This document shows, one piece after another, positions 9,517 through 17,198 of a DNA stretch of 33,774 bases (positions are counted from its first letter, which is position 1; each line of letters starts with the position of its first letter). Location: sequence record DRR723986_5017. One strand, written 5' to 3'. Position numbers and translations under genes: made by a program. The notes beneath the pieces are model-generated. The model was not told the origin of the DNA. It saw only the letters and a list, made by a program, of their open reading frames with translations, and searched no databases.

Positions 9517-9786
9517 ATAATTGTGCACTATTGCGAAGCGTTCGGAGTCGAGATCAATTACCGAGCCCGCAAGTCGTCGCGCAACAACATTTGCTGGTGG
9601 GGCCGTAAGTGTCTGAGAATCGCAATTGTAATGCAAAGCCAGGCGAATCGTAGGAGCAAATTGGCTTTGCCGACGTCAGATTCGCCGCGGAAGAAACTGT
9701 CCGACCGATCTTGTGTGGCTAAAACTGTTGCAGGTCACCCAAACGCGCAGTCAATCACGACCGACACGAAGGCACTCCCGACCAAC

Positions 9787-11142
9787 ATGAAGGCGACCAT
9801 GCTACTCGATACCTTGAAACCGATCTTTGGAAGCCGAGCCCGTTCCGCCCCAGGGGGGCGAGCGCGGGCGTTGTCGAGCACTGTTGAAATTGCATTCCTG
9901 GCGACCTACATCTTGCTCTCAACCGTGCAAGTGACGCTGGCTGAAGCACAGCCTGGCGATGTCTTCCGGGAGTATATGCATACCAACTGGTACGGTGATG
10001 CCGGCGGGGCTATCCGAGTTGGTGGCAAGAATGGAGTTTCCTACCCAGACCGAGGATCCGACTTCGACTACATCAACACGCCGCGTGAATTCGGGCACAA
10101 ACTCGATTTGGAACACGCCGTCCGTGCTGAGTTGTTTGTCGAGAAGATTTTGTCGCACAACGGGACCGAGGGGCTGGCAATCTCGTGGAATGACTCACCT
10201 TGGATTTCGCTTCCTCCACCAAAATCATTACCTGACAACGCTGAAGATTTTTATCACCATACAATTATCGAAGCGCCAATTCCGTTGGAATGCCTGCGGG
10301 AAGATTGGAACAACACCTTCCGCCTGCGAGTGTCAGAGCAGCAGGATTGGAATTGGCCGCAACACCTTGTCTACGGCGTGCACCTGAGAGTTTTTTACGA
10401 TGCCGAAAAGGTGCAGCGTGTTCATGCTACGTTAGACGTTGAATCCGAAAACGGAAAAATTGGCGAAAGCGTTCAGCTTGGAGTCACCTTTGATGCTCCG
10501 CCACGACGCATCCAACGAGTGGACTACGTTGGCAAATTCAAGAATGTTAATTGGTTTGGCGACGGACGCTTCACGCGTTGGCAATACTTCTACTATCGCG
10601 GCAATCTGATTCACCACATAGCTTCCAGCGTGACGCGTGACTTCTCGGTGCAGTGGGATACAACATGGGTGCCTGACCAAGACGAGCCGCTTTCGCTCGC
10701 AGCTCGTGTGATTGATGACGATGGCCTGATCGTGATGACCGAAGCGGTGCAAAACCTCGAACTCGAGCGCCCCGAGCTATCCGTCGAGCTTTGCACTCCT
10801 GAGTCCGTCCCGGACAATTGGGTCACTCGGAACGGTGAACACAGTGTAACGACGAATATTACAGGGAAACTCGAACACGCCACAGACGCTCGATTGGCAT
10901 GGTCAAGTTGGAGCCCCGGATACATGAATGGTGTCTCCATTAACGGAAAACAAATAATTGCCTCAGAAGGGCCGCTGTACCGCTACTTCGATCACTTCCT
11001 CCCCATAGATGACCTCTCCGTCCTGCGAGCTGGAAGCAACACGATCTCGACTGGCAAGACACCACTGTACGACGGCAAGATGGTTCACGGCATGGAAGTC
11101 AATTGGCCCGGAATCCAACTACTGATCAGGTACCGCAAGTAA
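9787..11142 (+). CDS. Exported beta-sandwich-rich hypothetical protein with a central Ig-like domain
   Basis: Hydrophobic segment ending TLAEA-QPGD. Ig-like pattern RVDYV...FSVQWDTTWVPD...LAARVIDDDG. Aromatic-rich. True start uncertain (9787, 9799 or later); the 5' extension of ORF 9523 overlaps the opposite ORF. Confidence 0.75.
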   Translation: MKATMLLDTLKPIFGSRARSAPGGRARALSSTVEIAFLATYILLSTVQVTLAEAQPGDVFREYMHTNWYGDAGGAIRVGGKNGVSYPDRGSDFDYINTPREFGHKLDLEHAVRAELFVEKILSHNGTEGLAISWNDSPWISLPPPKSLPDNAEDFYHHTIIEAPIPLECLREDWNNTFRLRVSEQQDWNWPQHLVYGVHLRVFYDAEKVQRVHATLDVESENGKIGESVQLGVTFDAPPRRIQRVDYVGKFKNVNWFGDGRFTRWQYFYYRGNLIHHIASSVTRDFSVQWDTTWVPDQDEPLSLAARVIDDDGLIVMTEAVQNLELERPELSVELCTPESVPDNWVTRNGEHSVTTNITGKLEHATDARLAWSSWSPGYMNGVSINGKQIIASEGPLYRYFDHFLPIDDLSVLRAGSNTISTGKTPLYDGKMVHGMEVNWPGIQLLIRYRK

Positions 11143-11227
11143 TCGCGGAGTTCCAGCCGATTCCTGCCAGCCACCACGACTCGCCGACTGCGCACCCAAC
11201 CTGTTCCCTGACCTTTACAGATGAACA

Positions 11228-14200
11228 ATGCATAACTTTGCAATCAATCGCATCTACTTCCGCTCCGTCGCCTTCGGTCTGCTTCCATTCTTGTTGGCTG
11301 CAGTTGCCGCTCGCGCGGACGACAGTCCGATCGATTTTGCTCGCGATGTCAGACCGCTCCTTTCCGATGCATGCTTCCACTGCCACGGCCCAGATGCAAG
11401 CACTCGTGAGGCCGATCTTCGCCTGGACACGCAGAACGGCCTCTTTACAGATTTAGGTTATGGCGCAGTCGTTGACCCTGGATCCCCCGCCGAGAGTGAG
11501 TTGTATAGTCGAATTTCTTCGGATGATCCTGACTTGCGGATGCCTCCAGCCGAATCGAATAAATCGCTCTCCGACGTGCAGCGTGAAACACTACGGAAGT
11601 GGATCGCTCAAGGTGCCCCGTGGCAGGAGCATTGGTCGTTCGCACCACCGGAACATAGCGCCATTCCGGACGCGCCACGCGGAGTGGCTTCGCATGACGC
11701 GGGACGTTCTGGGATCAACTGGGGCCACAATCCAATCGATTCATTCGTCAAGCAGCGGCTCGAGGCCAACGGGCTAACGCCCAATAGTCCAGCCGAACCT
11801 TACACGCTGGTTCGGCGTTTGTACTTGGATCTAAATGGTGTGCTTCCTACTCCCGCGGAAGCGGACAAGTGGGTGCGCAGAATCTGGGACGACGGCACGG
11901 CAAGCGAAACAGAATACCAGCGCCTGGTCGACGAACTCCTTTCATCACCGCGATACGGAGAGCGGTGGGCGAGACGATGGCTCGACCTGGCGCGTTACGC
12001 GGACACCAATGGCTACGAAAAGGACCGAGACCGAACCATCTGGCCTTACCGCGACTGGGTTGTCCAAGCGATCAACTCCGACATGCCCTTCGACCAGTTT
12101 ACCGTCGAGCAACTCGCTGGCGACATGCTTCCAAATCCGACAGAGTCTCAAATTGTCGCCACAGGATTTCACCGCAATACTATGTTGAACGAGGAAGGTG
12201 GAATAGATCCGCTTGAGTTCCGTTACCATGCGATGACTGACCGCGTCGCGACCACAGGAACTACTTGGCTGGGCCTAACACTCGGTTGCTGCCAGTGCCA
12301 CACGCACAAGTATGATCCAATCACTCACACCGAGTACTTTGGCATCATGGCCCTCATCAACAATGCCGACGAACCACAATTCGAAGTCGCCGATCCACGC
12401 CGCCAACAAGTTTGGGCGCAGCAAAAGTCGAGAGCCAAAAAGCTCCTGCAGGAGATGCGGACAACTTGGAAGCCAGATGGTGCTAAGAACGAAAAAAACA
12501 GCAAATCCGACACTGCCGCAACGACCCTAGACCGAGAAGCCGCGTTACAGGTGGCATATCGAGACTGGCTAAAGCGTGAGAAGGCAGGGATTATTGATTG
12601 GAGTGTGCTCGAACCTACTGCGGCGACTGCAAACCTGCCGATCCTGACAATCGAAGCTGACAATAGTATCTTTGCAAGCGGCGATACGGCGAAGCGCGAC
12701 GACTACTGGATCGACTACGTTGCCGGAGAAGCTCCGATCCATGCTTTGCGTCTAGAGGCGTTGGCCGACGAGCGACTTCCCGCCGGAGGCCCCGGTTCAA
12801 CTTACTACGAAGGGACCCTTGGTGACTTCTTCTTGACCGAATTTCGGGTCTTGGTTGATGGCAAGGAGGTTGGTATCTCGTCTGCCGAAGCATCCTATGA
12901 GAACAACCGATACGGATCGAATCCAGCAACCGCAGCCAATTCGATTGACGGTGACATCCAAACTGGCTGGTCTGTCCACGATGCGCAGGCACAGGATCAC
13001 GTGGCGGTCTACAAGCTTAGGGAGCCCATTGCGGCGGGAACCAAGTTTCAAGTTCACATGAGCTTCGGTCGGCACTTTGCTAGTTCGCTTGGTCGTTTTC
13101 GAATGAGTGGAAGTGATGCATCGGGGCGTTCCGCACTCGCGCGCACTTATTCAAAACGCATCGCAAGGTTGATAGCCGATGCCCCCGCCCATACAACCCT
13201 GGACGCGGAGCCACTGGAAGAGTTGCTGCATGAATTCCTGCTATCCGAAGATCAGTTCGCGAAGCAGGCTGCTCAAGTCCGCAAACTACTCCTGCGACCG
13301 CGTACGACCACGACGCTGGTGATGCGCGAGCGCCCCGCCAATCAACCTCGACCGACTTTTCGACATCATCGAGGAGAGTACCTTCAGCCACGGGAGGCAG
13401 TTACTCCCGCACTGCCAGAGGTCTTGCTCAACAACGCAGTTGGGGACGAGACCAATTCAGCCACTCCACCAAAGAACCGCCTCGAATTTGCGCGATGGCT
13501 CGTATCGTCGGACAATCCGTTGACCGCTCGTGTTGTCGTTAACCGACACTGGGCTGCGTTGATGGGCCAGGGCATAGTCAAAACGGTTGATGATTTTGGC
13601 CTACAGGGTGAACCACCTAGCCACCCAGAACTCTTGGACTGGTTGGCCGTTGAGTTCGCCAACGAGGATGCTTGGTCGATCAAATCATTGCATCGACGCA
13701 TCGCCACCAGCGCGACGTATCGGCAGAGTTCGAGCGCACACCGGCACGCACTGAGCATCGATCCGGAGAACCGCCTCCTTTGGCGAGCCTCTCGGCATAG
13801 ACTGGATGCGGAGGTGATTCGCGATTCGCTGCTCGCTGCAAGCGGCATTTTGGTTGAGCAGACCGGGGGCCCTCCAGTCAAACCACCACAACCCAAGGGG
13901 GTAACCGAGGTCGCTTATGGAAGTCCGAAGTGGGAAGCCAGCACGGGGAAAGATCGTTTTCGGAGAAGCATCTACACAAAGGTGAAGCGAACGGCTCCGT
14001 TTGCCATGTTCACCACCTTTGATGCGCCAAGCGGCGAGGCCTGTATTGCTCGCCGAAGCGAAAGCAATAGCCCCCTTCAAGCTCTCACACTCCTTAACGA
14101 TCCGATGATTGCCGAGTACGCCCAAAGGCTTGCCGAAGACGTTATACGAGATGCCGAAACAGAATGGCCATCGTTTGACCTTTCGGACTCATCGCACGCA

Positions 14201-14419
14201 AACGCCGTCGCCACCACTGTTTTTCGAAGGATTCTGACACGCCCGCCAGCAGCAAATGAACTGAGACAGATCAGCCAGTTCCTGTCCAGCCAACTGCAGG
14301 AACCGGACGTTCATAATGAGAAAGCTGAAACACAACAGGCGGCGGACAAGAATGTCCTTGCTGTCGCATCGGTAGCACGAGCGTTGATCGCACTCGACGA
14401 AACACTGACCAGAAACTAG
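11228..14419 (+). CDS. Planctomycete cytochrome c domain protein (PSCyt1 + DUF1549/PSCyt2 + DUF1553/PSD1)
   Basis: DFARDVRPLLSDACFHCHGPD; HWSF; NPIDSFV; YGERWARRWLDLARYADTNG; CCQCHTHKYDP; NPLTARVVVNRHW; HPELLDWLA; RLDAEVIRDSLL; PLQALTLLN. Confidence 0.95.
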   Translation: MHNFAINRIYFRSVAFGLLPFLLAAVAARADDSPIDFARDVRPLLSDACFHCHGPDASTREADLRLDTQNGLFTDLGYGAVVDPGSPAESELYSRISSDDPDLRMPPAESNKSLSDVQRETLRKWIAQGAPWQEHWSFAPPEHSAIPDAPRGVASHDAGRSGINWGHNPIDSFVKQRLEANGLTPNSPAEPYTLVRRLYLDLNGVLPTPAEADKWVRRIWDDGTASETEYQRLVDELLSSPRYGERWARRWLDLARYADTNGYEKDRDRTIWPYRDWVVQAINSDMPFDQFTVEQLAGDMLPNPTESQIVATGFHRNTMLNEEGGIDPLEFRYHAMTDRVATTGTTWLGLTLGCCQCHTHKYDPITHTEYFGIMALINNADEPQFEVADPRRQQVWAQQKSRAKKLLQEMRTTWKPDGAKNEKNSKSDTAATTLDREAALQVAYRDWLKREKAGIIDWSVLEPTAATANLPILTIEADNSIFASGDTAKRDDYWIDYVAGEAPIHALRLEALADERLPAGGPGSTYYEGTLGDFFLTEFRVLVDGKEVGISSAEASYENNRYGSNPATAANSIDGDIQTGWSVHDAQAQDHVAVYKLREPIAAGTKFQVHMSFGRHFASSLGRFRMSGSDASGRSALARTYSKRIARLIADAPAHTTLDAEPLEELLHEFLLSEDQFAKQAAQVRKLLLRPRTTTTLVMRERPANQPRPTFRHHRGEYLQPREAVTPALPEVLLNNAVGDETNSATPPKNRLEFARWLVSSDNPLTARVVVNRHWAALMGQGIVKTVDDFGLQGEPPSHPELLDWLAVEFANEDAWSIKSLHRRIATSATYRQSSSAHRHALSIDPENRLLWRASRHRLDAEVIRDSLLAASGILVEQTGGPPVKPPQPKGVTEVAYGSPKWEASTGKDRFRRSIYTKVKRTAPFAMFTTFDAPSGEACIARRSESNSPLQALTLLNDPMIAEYAQRLAEDVIRDAETEWPSFDLSDSSHANAVATTVFRRILTRPPAANELRQISQFLSSQLQEPDVHNEKAETQQAADKNVLAVASVARALIALDETLTRN

Positions 14420-14501
14420 CAGCTTCGGTCTCGGCTTGGACGCAAACTCCATCCATCCGACATCGCTTGGGCAGGCTTCATATCTAGAATGGATGTGGCT
14501 G

Positions 14502-14987
14502 TTACTCTTCTCCATTCAACAGAGCGAGAAACTCTTGTTTGCCCATCCCGCCTGCCTTCCATCGCAGCGCGTTGCCCGCTGAGTCGACTACGATCATGAC
14601 GGGCGGCCCCTTAACCTGGTAAGCCTCCATCAGCTCTGCGTTATCAGGTTCACCAACGTCAACCGTGACTGCAATAAACTCTGAATTAACCTTCGCCGCT
14701 ACTTCTGGGTCCGCCAAGACCTGTCGCTTCATGATCCGGCATGGCACACACCAAGTCCCCGTGAAGTAGACAACGACTTCTTTTTCCGACTCAACAGACT
14801 GTTTAAGCGCCGTCGGGTAATTTTCAGCCCAGGCAATGTTGTTCGCTGGAGTGTAAAAACAGTACCACGCATACGCCAGCGACACGACCAAGAAGGTTAG
14901 CCAAAAACAACGCCAGAGTCCAAACACAGGCTTCGGCTTCGTGACGGCATCTTCCACCATCTCGTTCGCTGCATCATCCATAGTCAT
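14502..14987 (-). CDS. Membrane-anchored thioredoxin-fold protein
   Basis: TM segment FWLTFLVVSLAYAWYCFY, then IAW, VVYFTGTWCVPC and a cis-Pro region YQVKGPP. Confidence 0.88.
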   Translation of the reverse strand: MTMDDAANEMVEDAVTKPKPVFGLWRCFWLTFLVVSLAYAWYCFYTPANNIAWAENYPTALKQSVESEKEVVVYFTGTWCVPCRIMKRQVLADPEVAAKVNSEFIAVTVDVGEPDNAELMEAYQVKGPPVMIVVDSAGNALRWKAGGMGKQEFLALLNGEE

Positions 14988-15024
14988 CTTTCGTTCAGAA
15001 GTTTGTTCAGCGTTTCGGCAACGC

Positions 15025-15408
15025 TCAGTCTTCGCGGCGTCGAGTCGTCAGCATCGCTTGGATCACACGCTGAATCGAATCACTCTCCGCGTGCAAAAAC
15101 AAGAGACTGCGGTTCAAAATGAAACGGAGCTGCTCTTTGGTGTCAGTATTAAGCCGAAAGAAGTCTGCGACAAGAACCAGCGTGGTTCCCGTGTCGAGAT
15201 AGGGTAGTGTACACAGTTCTCGACAAACGGCGATTGGGACGAACGCAAGCAGTTCTTCGTCATGCGAGTAATTGTTCATCATCTTCGTCACATCAACGAG
15301 CTTTCGACCGCACTCGCCGCACACTGTTTTCTGGTCGCTAAATGCAGCCGCTGAACCGAACGCATTGCAACGCAAACATTCCAGCGGGCCCTGAGCGCGA
15401 GGAACCAT
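15025..15408 (-). CDS. Small protein with a Zn-ribbon and a GspE/PilB N-terminal-like domain
   Basis: CLRC-x14-CGEC, then LLAFVPIAVCRELCTLP...LVLV...EQLRFILNR...AESDSIQRVI, which resembles the T2SSE N-terminal domain. ATG at 15408. Confidence 0.65.
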   Translation of the reverse strand: MVPRAQGPLECLRCNAFGSAAAFSDQKTVCGECGRKLVDVTKMMNNYSHDEELLAFVPIAVCRELCTLPYLDTGTTLVLVADFFRLNTDTKEQLRFILNRSLLFLHAESDSIQRVIQAMLTTRRRED

Positions 15409-15461
15409 ATTAGGCCTTGAACAAGAGAACAATCTTGAAGTTCAGAGTGGAAATGCGAAGC

Positions 15462-15470
15462 ATTCTACCA
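15462..15470 (-). promoter_or_regulatory. Putative extended -10 element (TG-G-TAGAAT)
   Basis: Minus strand TGGTAGAAT about 55 bp upstream of ATG 15408. No good -35. Confidence 0.35.
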
Positions 15471-15518
15471 TGTGTTCATTCCACTTTGATGATTATGCCA
15501 TTGCCGTGCTGAATCGGG

Positions 15519-16109
15519 TCAAAGGCCTCTGCTTTGAATCCAATCGATTTCCTGATCAAGGCCCTCTGGGGATGCGGCCTGGGTTCTCCAAACTGAAACC
15601 GCAGCAACGAACTCGCGGCAAGCTTCCGTGTCGACCAAACGCCCAGCAAGCTCTCTATCTAGTTGCGCGAGGACTCGAAAGGCAATGGCTCGGATTGAGA
15701 CTCCACCGGGCTCGACGGACCGTCGTTCAGAGAGCACTAGAGATTCAAGGGTCGTTAGAACGGATTCATCAACAACGCCCAGATCGGCGATTCCGTAAAT
15801 TGCGAAAGCTGCAACTTGCTCGATTTGACACGCCGTCGTTGACGTTAGCCAGTCCTTTATCTCCGTGTGCATTTCATCGTCTTCCGAGTAACCGACCTCG
15901 CGCAGAATCGTTCCGAGCGAACGAGCTCCATAGGCGACGAGCGCGACTTCCATGTCCGATAGACCAGTTGCGTCTGCGGGAACCGATTTGCACCGCTGCA
16001 AAAGTAATGGCAAACAACTTGCTCCACTCAATCCTTCGCTACGAAGAAACAGCGCGGCGGCACACTGCCGCGACACCGAATCGGATTCCAAGTAGCGACG
16101 CAGCCTCAT
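15519..16109 (-). CDS. Hypothetical alpha-helical protein with HEAT-like repeats
   Basis: Protein-like composition with helical hairpin motifs (VAAFAIYGIADLG, IRAIAFRVLAQL). AAGGA upstream of the ATG. Confidence 0.65.
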   Translation of the reverse strand: MRLRRYLESDSVSRQCAAALFLRSEGLSGASCLPLLLQRCKSVPADATGLSDMEVALVAYGARSLGTILREVGYSEDDEMHTEIKDWLTSTTACQIEQVAAFAIYGIADLGVVDESVLTTLESLVLSERRSVEPGGVSIRAIAFRVLAQLDRELAGRLVDTEACREFVAAVSVWRTQAASPEGLDQEIDWIQSRGL

Positions 16110-16335
16110 TCTCTTCTTTCCTTGGCTTGTTGGTTTATACCGACATGATGCAACAGGCTGTCTAGCGTGAAGTGCGTTTCGTGCGTTGTTCTAAAGCTGA
16201 CAGAAAGATTGAAGTCTTTGTCCGTGAGCGACATTCACTCTATTGGGACAACTACTGTTGAAGAGAGAGCTCAAGCATGCCACTGCTAGAAATTCCTCGT
16301 ACTCACAAGCTAACAAATTGGCGCTGAGGCAACGT

Positions 16336-16358
16336 TGCAGGCTGGCAGCCTGCACTAC
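16336..16358 (-). repeat. GTAG-type REP-like palindrome
   Basis: Minus strand GTAG-TGCAGGCTG-C-CAGCCTGCA. Extragenic, 17 bp downstream of the stop codon at 16376. Confidence 0.7.
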
Positions 16359-16375
16359 GGAGGAGGACGCTACGT

Positions 16376-17128
16376 TCAGTCTCTGGCGGGTTTCGCGGAG
16401 TTAATGGCTTCTCGGATTGCCTCTGGGCTCAGATCGGGAACTAGATTTTCAATTTTCTCCTTGGCAACGTCAAAGGCCTTGCCCAGCAGATGCTTACCAA
16501 ATCCTCGTGCTGTGCGACTGGCGAATCGGATGGCTAGGATGTCGTCTGGAGTGCCAGATTGAGCGTCGGGCCCCGGCGAGCGGACAACGACGAGTGTGCC
16601 AACGCCGAGGTCATCGACAAACAATTGATACTGGCTGCCCCACGAATCAAGCTCATCAAGATCTCCCGCCGCAAGATTGGGGGCGTCGTGTGCGGTAATT
16701 CGGCTAACGAACTCCCCAGCAAGCTTCTCGGCAGAAGCGCGGGAATCCGCGATCCGGGCTTCTCTGATCCGATAGCGCAGGATGTAGAAAAAAGCGATCA
16801 AGGCAAAAACACAACACACCGATGCTACTAAGACGGCTGACCTGGAATCACTATGCTCAGTCCGCTTCTGGGCTTCACACGGATCTTCAGCGTCCGTTTT
16901 CGCTTCAACAACTGAGCTCGCCCCAGTTTCGATCGATACGTTCCGACTCATGCGTTCCGATCGCCGTTCTTTGTATCGTTTGCTGGCCTGCGACCTTCCT
17001 TTGGTGATTGCTACAACGAAGAACTCAATCAACGCAACAAGGAAAGCAACAAGCGCCTCAAGCACGCCAAAGACGGCCTGGGCCAATGCCGCCACGAGAG
17101 CACCTAACAGTTCGAAAATGGCTTCCAT
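16376..17128 (-). CDS. Membrane protein with a C-terminal GspG/pseudopilin-like domain
   Basis: Long hydrophobic N-terminus (MEAIFELLGALVAALAQ...), a second TM (VLVASVCCVFALIAFFYIL), an amphipathic helix, then LDSWGSQY...VVRSPGPDAQSGTPDDI matching the GspG DPWG-x-x-Y...S-x-GPD...GT-x-DDI pattern. ATG 17128 avoids the overlap with the upstream gene. Confidence 0.7.
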   Translation of the reverse strand: MEAIFELLGALVAALAQAVFGVLEALVAFLVALIEFFVVAITKGRSQASKRYKERRSERMSRNVSIETGASSVVEAKTDAEDPCEAQKRTEHSDSRSAVLVASVCCVFALIAFFYILRYRIREARIADSRASAEKLAGEFVSRITAHDAPNLAAGDLDELDSWGSQYQLFVDDLGVGTLVVVRSPGPDAQSGTPDDILAIRFASRTARGFGKHLLGKAFDVAKEKIENLVPDLSPEAIREAINSAKPARD

Positions 17129-17198
17129 AGGCTTGTTCGTCAGAAACCGACGAAGGAAATTTGCAGGGCTAATCGAAACAAGAATCTGATAAGCGGTA

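Noticed and set aside
9523-9636. Apparent head-to-head overlap of two long ORFs
   Set aside because: An artefact of longest-ORF starts. Signal peptides point to starts near 9516 (-) and 9787 or later (+).
16008-16023. Sigma54-like site TGGCAA-ACAAC-TTGCT on the + strand
   Set aside because: It lies inside a minus-strand CDS with no credible + strand gene downstream; probably chance.
15470-16165. 231-aa + strand ORF
   Set aside because: Arg/Pro/Leu-rich shadow of the more protein-like minus-strand ORF 15519..16109.
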